Shown: piece by piece, positions 1 to 10,558 of the stretch | Layout of the letters: every line of letters starts with the position of its first letter | Numbering within the stretch: the stretch's first letter is position 1 | Assembly (NCBI GenBank): GCA_043228905.1 | Contig: JBHGNT010000017.1 | Span: forward strand, 2,976,001-3,040,000 | Length of the DNA stretch: 64,000 nucleotides | Source: Azolla caroliniana | Lineage: Eukaryota; Plantae; Polypodiophyta | Reading direction: 5' to 3' | Notes under the pieces: model-generated | Database searches by the model: none | What the model was told of the DNA's origin: nothing | What the model saw: the letters and a program-made list of their open reading frames with translations, nothing else | Program-made: the position numbers and the translations under genes

Positions 1-280
1 CACGAAGGGGAAGAAGAAGAAGAAGCTAACTCTAAACCTAAAGGTATACCCTCTAATGCAAAATGGGCAACCCCTCCACAAAAGGCGTTCCCTTCCCTTT
101 ACAATGTGGGACAAATCCCGGCTTTCATGGGATCGTCTGTCCCGACTTGACTACTCTTCGGCGCCATAAAGGCGCCCTCGATATTCACACTAAATGTACA
201 TGGGTGCATACACACGTAGCACCCTGCCGATGTAGCCAATGTTTCCCGGTTTTCGCCTCTGGCCGAAATTCTTCACGACA
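1..280 (-). mobile_element. Partial LTR (5' end at 280, continues out of window) of the TGTCG...CGACA LTR group, inserted in a gypsy integrase
   Basis: 271-280 cttcacgaca is the reverse complement of tgtcgtgaag, the same start as the LTR at 6548. The block at 36-105 resembles 9780-9856 and 11180-11245. The flank at 281-284 is ACGT. Confidence 0.75.
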
Positions 281-880
281 ACGTAGTATGCCGATACGGG
301 TGCGTAGGGAAGATCGTGGCTGACCGTGGTGAGCTGGATGCAGAAGAGGCCGAAGAGCTGTTCGACCGGCTAGGAGTCAAACTTTCGCTCACCACAGCGT
401 TCAATCCGGAGGCGAATGGGAAGGTGGAGCGCGGACACGAGCCAATTGTCAAAGCGGAGGCCGAGTCGGGGACTGGCCACGGCTGCTACCTTATGCCTTG
501 TGGGCAAACCGGACTACGCACAGTTCGATAACCGGGTTCATGCCGGCCAAGCTAATGTTCGGACAGAAGCCGATCATGCCAACAGAGCGAACGATCTCCT
601 CGTGGGCCACGGTGGACTGGAGGGATGAGATGAGCCGGGAGGAACTGTTGGCGGCGCGGATTCGACAGCTCGAGCGGAGGCCAGAGGACGTAGAGCGAGC
701 CGCGGAGAAACTTCGAGTAGCGAGGATAAGGAACAAAGCCCGGTTCGACCGAACACACCGGTCCAGGCCAAGGAAGATTGAGGAAGGAGACTGGGTGCTA
801 GTCTACGACAGTAGCCTCGACAATCAGCACAGGACCACGCGGAAGTTTGCGAGGAGGTGGTTCGGGCCTTACGTAGTAAC
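281..880 (+). pseudogene. Ty3/gypsy integrase fragment (core and C-terminal part), interrupted by the copia at 881
   Basis: Reads VVCRYGCVGKIVADRGE...TTAFNPEANGKVERGH, then after a frameshift WANRTTHSS...GDWVLVYDSSLDNQH...RWFGPYVVT (GPY motif). Confidence 0.85.
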
Positions 881-1523
881 TGTTGGGATTTCGGTCCCTC
901 CGGATGGGATGTCCGGAGATGAATGACGGCAAGCCCGGTTGCGGTTACGGAGCCGGATGATGAATACCCCGGCTACGGAGCCGGATGATGAATACCCCGG
1001 CTACGGAGCCGGATGATGAAGACCCCGGTTACGGAGCCGGATGATGAAGACCCCGGTTACGGAGCCGGATGACGAATGTACCCGGAGAGAGATCCGGATG
1101 CGGGGACATATTTGTGAATATGTTTGCCAAGGGCCCTTGAGGCTATATTTGTAAATAGCCCGAAAGTCATATGTGTATAAATATGACTTAGGGCAAATAG
1201 TTTTAGTTGTTGCTCATTTTTCATGAGAAGTGAGAGCAGCCGAGAGAGAGAGTGAGAGACGAAGAGGTCGTTGCCTCTGTGTATTACCGCCGCCTGTGGC
1301 GAAGACAGTGAGCTCAAGGTTGTTGCCTTGTAGCTTCACCAGTGTACATCCCTGTTCATAGTGATAGTTGGAGTTTGAGGACTCCCGTGGTTTTTCCCAT
1401 TTAGGGTTTTCCACGTAAAACATCCAGTGTACCTTTCTCTCTATTGTTTTGTGCATTTTCTATTTCCTGTCTTCTGTGAGTTGATCCCATTCCTCGGTTG
1501 TGGCCGAGCACTGTTTTTCGACA
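881..1523 (+). repeat. 5' LTR of the young copia
   Basis: Runs TGTTG...CGACA; direct repeat of 5640-6282. Confidence 0.95.
943..1078 (+). repeat. 28-bp tandem repeat, about 5 copies, in LTR U3 (also 5702-5837)
   Basis: Units gg(t/c)tacggagccggatgatgaa(t/g)acccc start at 943, 971, 999, 1027 and 1055. Confidence 0.92.
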
Positions 1524-1526
1524 AAC

Positions 1527-1538
1527 TGGTATCAGAGC
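1527..1538 (+). promoter_or_regulatory. Primer binding site (tRNA-iMet)
   Basis: tggtatcagagc, 3 bp after the LTR end. Confidence 0.93.
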
Positions 1539-1552
1539 GACTGTTGCAGAAA

Positions 1553-4096
1553 ATGGAAGGCGGCGGCAGCGGGCAGCCGATGATGATGGTGCTGAATGCA
1601 CAAAATTACGCCGACTGGAAGATCAAGATGGAGGACCTTCTGATTGTTCGGGACCTGTACGAACCGATTGACAGGTCGGAAATACCGAAAGGGGTACTTG
1701 AGTCGGAGTGGAAGCTCCTGAACCGGAAAGCCGTAGCGACGATCCGACAATACGTCGACGTGAGCGTCCTACAACATGTGGCAAACGACACCAACGCATA
1801 TGAGATGTGGAAGAAGCTGTCGGGCCTCTACGAGAGGAAGAATGCGTTGAACCGGACCTCCCTGATGAGGAAGATAGTGAATCTCAAGTACCAGGACGGC
1901 GAGAGTATGGTGGAACACGTAAGCACGTTCATGGGATTCGTGAATCAGCTTGCGGCGATCAAGTTCCCGTTGGAGGATGCAATGCAAGCCATCATCCTAA
2001 TGTGTACACTGCCGGACAGCTGGGAGAACTTGGTGGTGACTCTCAGCACCTCCTGCACGGAAGACAACTTGTCCCTACAAACGGTAAAGACAAGTATTCT
2101 AAATGAAGAAGCGCGTCGGAGAGATAAAGAACCGGCCTTCGACTCGAAGGCGCTGCTTACCGAATCGGAACGGGGAAGACACTGGAACCGGAGTCCGCAA
2201 AGACGGGAGAAGTCGGGGACCCGGTCGCAGTCAAGAGGAAGACCCACATGCTTCCACTGTGGGAAGCCGGGGCACTTTCGGAAGAATTGTCGGCATTACC
2301 GAAAGGACAACGGAGCCGACGACACGGATTCGAAGAAGTCACCGGAGAGAAACGGTGCATACCGGGGAGCCACGGACCGGAGAGGTCCGGATCGGCGAGG
2401 GCAGGACCGGAAAGGAACGACGGCACTCGCGGCAAGTGAAGAGGAGATCATGCTCATCACCGAAGAAGGTGAACTAAACATTGCCGGCGATGAGACGACC
2501 TGGGTGGTCGATTCCGGAGCGTCGTTCCACCTGACCCCGGAGAGAAGATACTTTTCATCCTACACAGCCGGCGAGCATGGCTGTGTTCGGATGGGAAATG
2601 AAGGTACGTGCCGGATTGCCGGCATCGGAGACGTGTGGTTGACAACCCCGACCGGATGCAAAATGCTGCTGAAGGATGTCCGTCACGTTCCGGAGGTTCG
2701 ATTGAACCTGATTTCGGCCGGGAGGCTAGACGATGAAGGCTACACAGGTAGCATCCGGAACGGCATAATGAAGTTCAGCAAGGGGAGCCTGATAGTGGCT
2801 CGGGCCCGGAAAGTCAACACACTGTACCTGATGAATGCCCGGTTATGTCCGGAAGAGCTGAATGTGGCAGCCGACACTGCCGGTGAGCTGTGGCACAAGA
2901 GACTGTGCCACATGAGTGAGAAGGGGATGAAGAGGCTTGCAGAAGACAACCTTATCCCAGTGAAGCATGTGCACCTGGAGAAGTGCACCGATTGCCTGGC
3001 CGGTAAGCAGAACCGAACCTCCTTCCACTCAAGGCCACCGACGAGACGTAGCGCACCATTGGAGTTGGTGCACACTGACGTGTGTCAGGTAGAGACGAAG
3101 TCACATGGCGGAGCCCAGTACTTCGTAACATTCATCGATGATCATAGCCGAAAACTGTGGACGGCACCGATGAAGACAAAGGACCAAGTGTTGTGCGTCT
3201 TCAAAGAACTCCACGCGAGAGTGGAAAGGGAATCCGGCAAGAAGCTGAAAGCGATACGAGCGGATAACGGAGGGGAATACCGAGGGCAGTTCCAGGAGTA
3301 CTGTCGCTCGAAGGGAATCCGGCTCGAGTTTACTGTGCCGAAGACGCCGGAACTGAACGGGCTGGCCGAGAGGATGAACCGGACTATAATGGAGCGGGTC
3401 CGGAGTATGCTGGCGCATGCGAAATTACCCAAGGGGTTTTGGGCTGAGGCAATGTCGACGGCGACATACGTGATAAACAGATCACCCTCAGTACCTTTGG
3501 ACGGAGACACGCCGCAGAAAGTGTGGACCGGTAAGGAAGTGTCCTACCGGCATCTGAAGGTGTTCGGGTGTCTCGCATACGTGCATGTGGCAAAGGACCG
3601 GAGAGGAAAGCTAGATCCAAAGACCCGGCCATGCATATTCCTCGGTTACGGCGACGACGAGTTCGGCTACCGAGTATGGGACCCGATGGACAAGAAGATA
3701 TTCAGGAGTCGAGACATCATCTTCATGGAGGACAAGACACTCGCCGACTGGGAGTCGGAGAAGAAGATGAAGAGCTCCAAGTCAACCGGTGAGTATAAAC
3801 TCTACGAGGAGCAGTCCCGACCGGCAAGGGACCGGTTAGCACTCGAGGATCCGGCCGAAGACGGTGAAGAAACAGAACCGGCCGAAGAAGATGAGAACGA
3901 TACCGGAACCGGCCCCGATCCCGAAATGGATTCGGATGAAGAAGAAGAATCGGAAGAACCGGTTACCGAAGCTTCCGAAAGGAGATATCCTCTAAGAGAG
4001 AGGAGGGCCCCCCGGAGATTTCCGGAACCAGAGCACGTGCTACTAACCGACGAGGGGGAGCCGGAGAGCTTTGAAGAAGCAAAGCATGACACCTAG
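1553..4096 (+). CDS. Copia gag-protease-integrase part of the polyprotein (ends at an in-frame TAG)
   Basis: Zinc knuckle CFHCGKPGHFRKNC, protease WVVDSGASFH, GAG-pre-integrase LWHKRLCH, integrase ELVHTD...FIDDHSR...RADNGGEY...NGLAERMN. Confidence 0.93.
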   Translation: MEGGGSGQPMMMVLNAQNYADWKIKMEDLLIVRDLYEPIDRSEIPKGVLESEWKLLNRKAVATIRQYVDVSVLQHVANDTNAYEMWKKLSGLYERKNALNRTSLMRKIVNLKYQDGESMVEHVSTFMGFVNQLAAIKFPLEDAMQAIILMCTLPDSWENLVVTLSTSCTEDNLSLQTVKTSILNEEARRRDKEPAFDSKALLTESERGRHWNRSPQRREKSGTRSQSRGRPTCFHCGKPGHFRKNCRHYRKDNGADDTDSKKSPERNGAYRGATDRRGPDRRGQDRKGTTALAASEEEIMLITEEGELNIAGDETTWVVDSGASFHLTPERRYFSSYTAGEHGCVRMGNEGTCRIAGIGDVWLTTPTGCKMLLKDVRHVPEVRLNLISAGRLDDEGYTGSIRNGIMKFSKGSLIVARARKVNTLYLMNARLCPEELNVAADTAGELWHKRLCHMSEKGMKRLAEDNLIPVKHVHLEKCTDCLAGKQNRTSFHSRPPTRRSAPLELVHTDVCQVETKSHGGAQYFVTFIDDHSRKLWTAPMKTKDQVLCVFKELHARVERESGKKLKAIRADNGGEYRGQFQEYCRSKGIRLEFTVPKTPELNGLAERMNRTIMERVRSMLAHAKLPKGFWAEAMSTATYVINRSPSVPLDGDTPQKVWTGKEVSYRHLKVFGCLAYVHVAKDRRGKLDPKTRPCIFLGYGDDEFGYRVWDPMDKKIFRSRDIIFMEDKTLADWESEKKMKSSKSTGEYKLYEEQSRPARDRLALEDPAEDGEETEPAEEDENDTGTGPDPEMDSDEEEESEEPVTEASERRYPLRERRAPRRFPEPEHVLLTDEGEPESFEEAKHDT

Positions 4097-5629
4097 AGCC
4101 GCAGGTGGTTGAGTGCCATGCAGGACGAGATGGATTCCCTGCATGAGAACCACACATATGAACTTGTGGAGTTGCCGAAAGGAAAGCGGGCACTTCGAAA
4201 CAAGTGGGTGTTCAAGCTGAAACCGGGAGATGCCGAAAACCCCCCGAGATACAAAGCCAGGATCGTGGTGAAGGGGTTTCAGCAGAAGAAGGGCGTCGAG
4301 TTCGACGAGATATTTGCCCCGGTAGTGAAGATGACCTCCATCCGGACGGTGCTGAGCATAGCGGCAAGCATGGACCTCGAGGTAGAACAGATGGACGTGA
4401 AGACGGCATTCCTTCACGGTGACCTCGACGAAGAGATCTACATGCAGCAACCGGAAGGATTCGAGAAGAAAGGGAAGGAGCACCTGGTATGCCGGTTGAA
4501 GAAGAGCCTTTACGGACTGAAGCAGGCTCCCCGGCAATGGTACCGGAAGTTCGACTCCTTCATGACCGACGAAGGGTACCACAAAACGCAGTCTGACCAC
4601 TGCGTGTTTGTGAAGAAGTTCGAAGGAGGAGACTCTCTAATACTCCTCTTGTACGTGGACGACATGTTGATCGTCGGACGGGACCAGGTCAAGATACGGA
4701 TGCTGAAGAAGGCTCTTCACCGAACCTTCTCAATGAAGGACTTGGGTCCGGCGAGACAAATACTAGGGATGCACATCATCCGGAACCGGAGCAAGAAGCA
4801 GTTGTGGCTGTCACAGGAGAAGTACGTGACAAAGGTGCTTCAACGGTTCAACATGTCGGAAGCAAGACCGGTCGGGTCAACCCTCCCGGCAAACTGCAAG
4901 TTGTCCAGCAAGCAAAGCCCCAAGACAAAGGCTGAGAAGGAGGACATGATGAAAGTACCATATGCCTCTGCCGTCGGAAGCTTGATGTACGCAATGGTGT
5001 GTACAAGACCGGACATAGGATATGCAGTCGGAGTGGTGAGCCGGTACATGAGCAATCCCGGCAAAGAGCACTGGAACGCGGTCAAGTGGATACTCCGATA
5101 CCTGAAGGGCACGGCAAACGTGTGCCTCCGATTCGGCTCCGGTAAGCCTGAACTCGACGGCTTCACCGATTCGGATATGTCGGCTGATGCAGATACCAGC
5201 CGGTCCACATCAGGGTATGTGATGACCTATGCAGGGGGAGCCGTTTCGTGGCAGTCGAGGCTGCAGAAGACGGTTGCGTTGTCAACCACGGAGGCGGAGT
5301 ACATGGCAGCTGTTGAAGCCGGAAAGGAAATAATATGGATGAAGGACTTCATTAGAGAGCTCGGTATCCAGCAGGAGGAGTACCGACTCTACTGCGACAG
5401 TCAGAGTGCCATCCACCTTGCGAAGAACGCGGCTTATCACTCCCGGACGAAACACATCCAGCGAAGATATCACTGGATCCGGGAAAGGATAGAAGACAAG
5501 GAGTTCGTGCTGACGAAGATCCACACGGACGAGAACGGGTCGGATATGCTGACCAAGGTGCTCACACCCGACAAGCTGGAAGCATGCCGGAAGAGGATCG
5601 GATTGGAGAGACATCCCATGCCGAAGTGA
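4097..5629 (+). CDS. Copia reverse transcriptase-RNase H, same frame, downstream of the TAG
   Basis: QMDVKTAFLHG, SLYGLKQAPRQW, LLYVDDML, FTDSD, ALSTTEAEY, CDSQSAI, RTKHI. Confidence 0.93.
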   Translation, partial: SRRWLSAMQDEMDSLHENHTYELVELPKGKRALRNKWVFKLKPGDAENPPRYKARIVVKGFQQKKGVEFDEIFAPVVKMTSIRTVLSIAASMDLEVEQMDVKTAFLHGDLDEEIYMQQPEGFEKKGKEHLVCRLKKSLYGLKQAPRQWYRKFDSFMTDEGYHKTQSDHCVFVKKFEGGDSLILLLYVDDMLIVGRDQVKIRMLKKALHRTFSMKDLGPARQILGMHIIRNRSKKQLWLSQEKYVTKVLQRFNMSEARPVGSTLPANCKLSSKQSPKTKAEKEDMMKVPYASAVGSLMYAMVCTRPDIGYAVGVVSRYMSNPGKEHWNAVKWILRYLKGTANVCLRFGSGKPELDGFTDSDMSADADTSRSTSGYVMTYAGGAVSWQSRLQKTVALSTTEAEYMAAVEAGKEIIWMKDFIRELGIQQEEYRLYCDSQSAIHLAKNAAYHSRTKHIQRRYHWIRERIEDKEFVLTKIHTDENGSDMLTKVLTPDKLEACRKRIGLERHPMPK

Positions 5630-5639
5630 AGGGGGAGTT

Positions 5640-6282
5640 TGTTGGGATTTCGGTCCCTCCGGATGGGATGTCCGGAGATGAATGACGGCAAGCCCGGTTG
5701 CGGTTACGGAGCCGGATGATGAATACCCCGGCTACGGAGCCGGATGATGAATACCCCGGCTACGGAGCCGGATGATGAAGACCCCGGTTACGGAGCCGGA
5801 TGATGAAGACCCCGGTTACGGAGCCGGATGACGAATGTACCCGGAGAGAGATCCGGATGCGGGGACATATTTGTGAATATGTTTGCCAAGGGCCCTTGAG
5901 GCTATATTTGTAAATAGCCCGAAAGTCATATGTGTATAAATATGACTTAGGGCAAATAGTTTTAGTTGTTGCTCATTTTTCATGAGAAGTGAGAGCAGCC
6001 GAGAGAGAGAGTGAGAGACGAAGAGGTCGTTGCCTCTGTGTATTACCGCCGCCTGTGGCGAAGACAGTGAGCTCAAGGTTGTTGCCTTGTAGCTTCACCA
6101 GTGTACATCCCTGTTCATAGTGATAGTTGGAGTTTGAGGACTCCCGTGGTTTTTCCCATTTAGGGTTTTCCACGTAAAACATCCAGTGTACCTTTCTCTC
6201 TATTGTTTTGTGCATTTTCTATTTCCTGTCTTCTGTGAGTTGATCCCATTCCTCGGTTGTGGCCGAGCACTGTTTTTCAACA
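5640..6282 (+). repeat. 3' LTR of the young copia
   Basis: Runs TGTTG...CAACA, preceded by the PPT and followed by TSD GTAAC. Confidence 0.95.
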
Positions 6283-6287
6283 GTAAC

Positions 6288-6471
6288 AAGCGCCAACGGC
6301 AATGGGACGTACCATCTCGCGGAGCTCGACGGTACGAGAATGGCGATACCGGTAGCGGGGAAGAGGATCAAAGCGTTCAAGAAACGGCACGACGGGGAGC
6401 CGGGGCTAGGAGGCATGGACAGCGACGACGAGCAGCCCGAAGCGGAGGATAAACCGGTAAATGAGGAATAA
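6288..6471 (+). pseudogene. Resumed C-terminus of the gypsy integrase
   Basis: SANGNGTYHLAELDGTRMAIPVAGKRIKAFKKR...* continues directly from GPYVVT at 880 once the TSD is removed. Confidence 0.88.
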
Positions 6472-6547
6472 AAGCAAGGATCGGTTTTCTCTCGTAGGAA
6501 CCCAATTTTGGCGCACACCGGTGGATGCGCGGTTAGGTGGGGACGGA

Positions 6548-7227
6548 TGTCGTGAAGAAAACCGTCCCCAGGCGCAAACCGTGTATAATATGTGTGAACC
6601 GGCCCTTACACGTGGGCATGTCCCTTGTCGTAAAGTAGATAGGTAGGCTCAAGGGGTAGATCCTAGGTAGCAATATTCTATAGGGAGAATCGAGGAGTAT
6701 CTCTGTCCGAAAGGACAGAGAATTAATGTGATGTAAACAAGCAAGACGGCCTCCCTCCTTGAGCTATAAAAGAGAGGGAGACGGGGGGAGAGAAGACATC
6801 GCGGGCTACAGGGGACGAAGTGTTGTCGGACTGGGACCGAGCTCTTCTCCTCTGTCGTTCTCCATAGCTTCCTTGGCGCAGGTTCTCGAGAGGCTGATTC
6901 TGCTCCGTGGAACGCCCGTGTGCTTCCGATAGAATCTCCATCTTGCTCCCCTGTGTGCGTGGGTGATCAGGCGTCGGCACCCGTCTCGTCGACCTGATCG
7001 GCTGTAACCGTTCGAGTCGTCTACATACATATATTTATTTACGTGTCCCTTTTACCCTATCTCCTGCTCAACTTGTGTCTCTTGTGTTGTTGGGCTGCGT
7101 TCCCGCTCGCTTCTTTGTCTATACGTGTGTGAGTGTGTGTCTCTCTCTCTCTCCTTTCGCTTCCTCACCTATTCCTCGGTCCAAGACCCCAGTGGTCCCG
7201 CCTTGTTCTCCACGCACGCGCGTAACA
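6548..7227 (+). mobile_element. 3' LTR of the Ty3/gypsy element (680 bp)
   Basis: Purine-rich tract at 6531-6547, start tgtcgtgaag, TATA ctataaaag near 6764, end cgtaaca, flank ACGC. Confidence 0.8.
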
Positions 7228-7427
7228 ACGCGACACCGGCTAGACGCCTCTCTTCCGGAATGTCCCTCATTACCATCTCAGCCCGGTAGGATGCCAAGTA
7301 GCTCGTGGCATCCTTCCCACTAAACCGGCCGATCGTACCGACAACCGCCTCGATAGCCCTATCAAGGGCGCCGGTGCCTTCGCGTGCACTCACTATATGG
7401 TCCACAGCCGAAGCCATGACTTCTGCA
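7228..7427 (-). pseudogene. Gag N-terminal fragment of another Ty3/gypsy-like element (host of the plus-strand gypsy)
   Basis: MASAVDHIVSAREGTGALDRAIEAVVGTIGRFSGKDATSYLASYRAEM contains a gag-like FSGKD motif; cut by the gap. Confidence 0.6.
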
Positions 7428-7527
7428 NNNNNNNNNNNNNNNNNNNNNNNNNNNNNNNNNNNNNNNNNNNNNNNNNNNNNNNNNNNNNNNNNNNNNNNNN
7501 NNNNNNNNNNNNNNNNNNNNNNNNNNN
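7428..7527. other. Assembly gap (100 N)
   Basis: Run of exactly 100 n. Confidence 0.99.
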
Positions 7528-8784
7528 ACACACGCTATACACGGTTTGCGCCTGGGGACGGTTTTCTTCACGACACCGGGCAGAAAGAACACATCAGCAA
7601 CCATCACTAGTGAAGAGGAGTTGTTGTTCATTAGTGAACAAAATGAAGTCAACCTCGCCGACGAAGAATCGACATGGGTGGTCTATTCGGGTGCGTCGTT
7701 TCACCTAACCCCTGACCGAAAGTGTTTCTCATCATACAAGGACAGAAACCACAATCTTGTAAAAACGGGGAATGAAGGAGCATTTTATATGATAAACAGG
7801 TCTCCCTCAGTCCCACTGGAAGGTGACATACCACAAAGTGTATGGTCCGGCAAAGAGGTGTCATATCGACACCTAAGAGTATTTGGTTTCCTGGCCTATG
7901 TGCATTTAGCTAAGGACTAGAGCGGGAAACTCGATCCCAAGAGCCAACCGTGCCTATTTCTCAGCAACGGCGATAATGAATTCGACTATCGGCTATGGAA
8001 ACCACGACATTGTATTCATGGAGGAAAAGACCATAGTTGATTGAGAGATTGAGAATAAGTCTCCAACTACCGAATCAAGCCGAGTCGATGCTCGGCTGAA
8101 TCGAGTAGAAGTCGACTAGATCGAAATCAAGTCCGTCGGCCGATTTAATACTCGGCAAAATCGAGAACTGACTAAAGAACAAGGGGAACCGGCCAAACAA
8201 AGAACCGGAATGGACTCGGTCAAAGAAGTCGAAGAAGTCGAAGAAGAACCGATCGTGCCGAATGGAGGCTAAAGATATGCCCTGAGCGAGAGGAGGGCCC
8301 CCCATACATTTTCGGATGAAGAGTGTGTACTGTTAATGAGGGAGCCAGAGAGCTTTGAAGAAGCTAAGAAAGATACCCACAACCGAAAGTGGTTAAGTGT
8401 CATGCCAGAGGAGATGGATTCCTTGCATGAGAACCACACATACGAATTGACTGAGTTGCTGAAAGGGAAGAAGGCACTACGAAATAAGTGGGTATACAAG
8501 TTGAAACCAGAAGATGGCGGAAATCCACCTAGGTATAAAGCCCGAATCATTATGAACGTCTTTTAGCAGAAGAAGGGTGTTGATTTCGACGAAATATTTG
8601 CCCCGTTCATAAAAATGACATCAATCCGAACAATGTTGAGCATTGCAGCTAGCATGGATCTTGACGTCAAGACTGCCTTCCTCCATAGAGATTTGGAGGA
8701 AGAGATATATATGCACCAGCCAGAAGGATTCAAAGTGAAAGGTAAAGAAAACCTGGTATGCCAATTGAGAAAGAGCCTGTACGG
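7528..8784 (+). mobile_element. Degenerate, internally deleted relative of the young copia
   Basis: EEELLFISE..TWVVYSGASFH (protease) jumps to INRSPSVPL (integrase), then EPESFEEAK..DVKTAFLH..KSLYG. Contains stops and frameshifts; cut by the LTR at 8785. Confidence 0.88.
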
Positions 8785-9073
8785 TGTCGCGGAAATCCGC
8801 GCATGCATGCGTGTAGGATCTTAGCTGGAACCATGAGGGTCACGGACGAGGGAGTCGGATGGCGGAGGCCTTAAGCTTTGTGGGCTTCGATCCATTGGCT
8901 TTTGGTTCGGAATCAGCTTCCAGTCGGATTAGTTTGAAATCGGCTTCCGAATAGATCGGTCCGAATCGACTTTCGGATCAGCTTCCGAATCCGATGAAGG
9001 CGCGGTTCAAGAAAATGGTTCACCGCGATTAAAGACTCAACTTGAATATGTTACAATAGAAGATAGATGTAGA

Positions 9074-9108
<35 letters not shown>

Positions 9109-9875
9109 CAAAAGGGTTTACAACAAGACGTTTACATGCCACGAATATGGTGGCTATTACAAACAATCGGCCAATACAACAAGTTAAGAATGGGAAGCGG
9201 CGAAGGCGAGTCAAGTGGGCCCCGAGACCATGACGTCCACCATTGGTCTTGCCCCGAAGACGGTGGAGTGCTCCCATGCCACTTCGCCCTCCCTTCTTGA
9301 ACCGGCCGCCACACGAAACGCGGGAACCAACAAAGGCGAGTCAAGTTGGCCCCGAGACCATGACGTGCATTGTTGGTCTCACCCCGAAGTCGGTGGAGTG
9401 CTCCCGTGCCACTTCGCCCTCACTTCTCAAACCGGCCGCCACACGGAACACTCTCCATCGAGGAGAAGGAGACAAGCCACCAAATGCCGCCACCGGAATG
9501 CAGAAGATCCACTGTCGTAGAAACCCGAACTAAACCAAACTCTCACACAAAGAAAAGAAGAGAGTAACACCAAAAACCCCAAAATCATGAAACCAAGATA
9601 AACACCAAGAAACACGAAACCGTAAATCTCCTATGAACTCTCACAAGATGAAGAACCAATATGAAACACTAAACCTCCACTCAAGAAGAACCCCAAAGAC
9701 CTCAAGAAGGAGAACCCTAAAAGAGGAAGAAGAAGAAGAAACTACATAACCCTAGTGAAGGAGATGAAAGAAAAGGGAAACCCTAGATCTAAGTGGTGCA
9801 CCCTTCTAACACAAAATGGGCGACCCCTTCAAAAGAAACCCCTCCCTCCTTTTATAGTCCAAGGAGGGAAGGACG
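8785..9875 (-). mobile_element. Truncated LTR of the TGTCG...CGACA group, with an internal 130-bp-period duplication (9203/9333) and (AT)n
   Basis: Begins tgtcgcggaaatccgc, similar to the reverse complement of the U5 end at 53458. Minus-strand TATA near 9850-9856. Left flank ACGG. The right boundary is approximate. Confidence 0.65.
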
Positions 9876-10558
9876 TTGTTGTTGTTGAGGTGTAATATAA
9901 CAACATTTCTTTACATTCCACCAATTCTCTAAGAAAGTGGTGTCCAATCGGATATGCTTGTTTGGATTAGTGATCTTAGGATTTGTTAATAACTTAATAC
10001 ATGATTGGTTGTCACAAAATATCTTCATGTCCATAAGCTTAAAGATGTCAAGTTCTTCGATTATGGTTTTGATCCACAATCCTTCTTTGGTCGTCAGAGT
10101 GGTTGCCACATACTCAGCTACAATGCTTGAAAGCGCTACAAATATTTGTCGTTTGTGTTTCCAAGCGATTGCGGCACCACCAAATATAAAAACCATGCCT
10201 AATGTTAAGTGGGAGGTATCAAGATCCCCCCCCCCCCCCCCCCCAAATCCGAATCCGTCCAACCAACTAGAGAAGTCTTGAGCTATTCACTAGGTTGTGA
10301 CGAATTCTAGGATTGGAAGCTTCGATATATGAGACCCATATCCTTCAAGTTGGTATATTGGAGATATCATAGAACATGTTTAAGAGCTTGCCAATGTGCA
10401 AGTTTAGGATTTTGCATAAATCTAGAAAGAAAACTTGCACAATAAGAAATATCGGGACGAGTGCAACTCACAAGATAACTTATACTGCCTAAGCTTGGGC
10501 AATAAGGGAGTGATTTCATAATTTGTTCTTGTTAAATTGACATCAGGCATGGAACCGT

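Larger units (their letters stand above)
881..6282 (+). mobile_element. Full-length, very young Ty1/copia LTR retrotransposon (Tnt1/Tork-like)
   Basis: 643-bp LTRs at 881-1523 and 5640-6282 with one mismatch seen. TSD GTAAC at 876-880 and 6283-6287. PBS tggtatcagagc 1527-1538, PPT gaagggggag 5628-5637. Domain order gag-PR-INT-RT-RH. Confidence 0.97.

Noticed and set aside
943-1078. 28-bp repeats as a CRISPR array
   Set aside because: Head-to-tail units with no unique spacers, inside a plant LTR, and no cas genes.
1427-1552. ORF-track N-terminal extension of the copia polyprotein
   Set aside because: Starts at a GTG within the LTR and crosses the PBS; the ATG at 1553 is the plausible start.
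7228-7600. ORFs and apparent adjacency across the N run
   Set aside because: A 100-N scaffold gap; the two sides are different elements and the true distance is unknown.
10226-10244. 19-bp poly-C tract as a functional G-quadruplex
   Set aside because: It lies at the DWGGD-type codons of a dead copia RNase H; slippage or sequencing error is enough to explain it.
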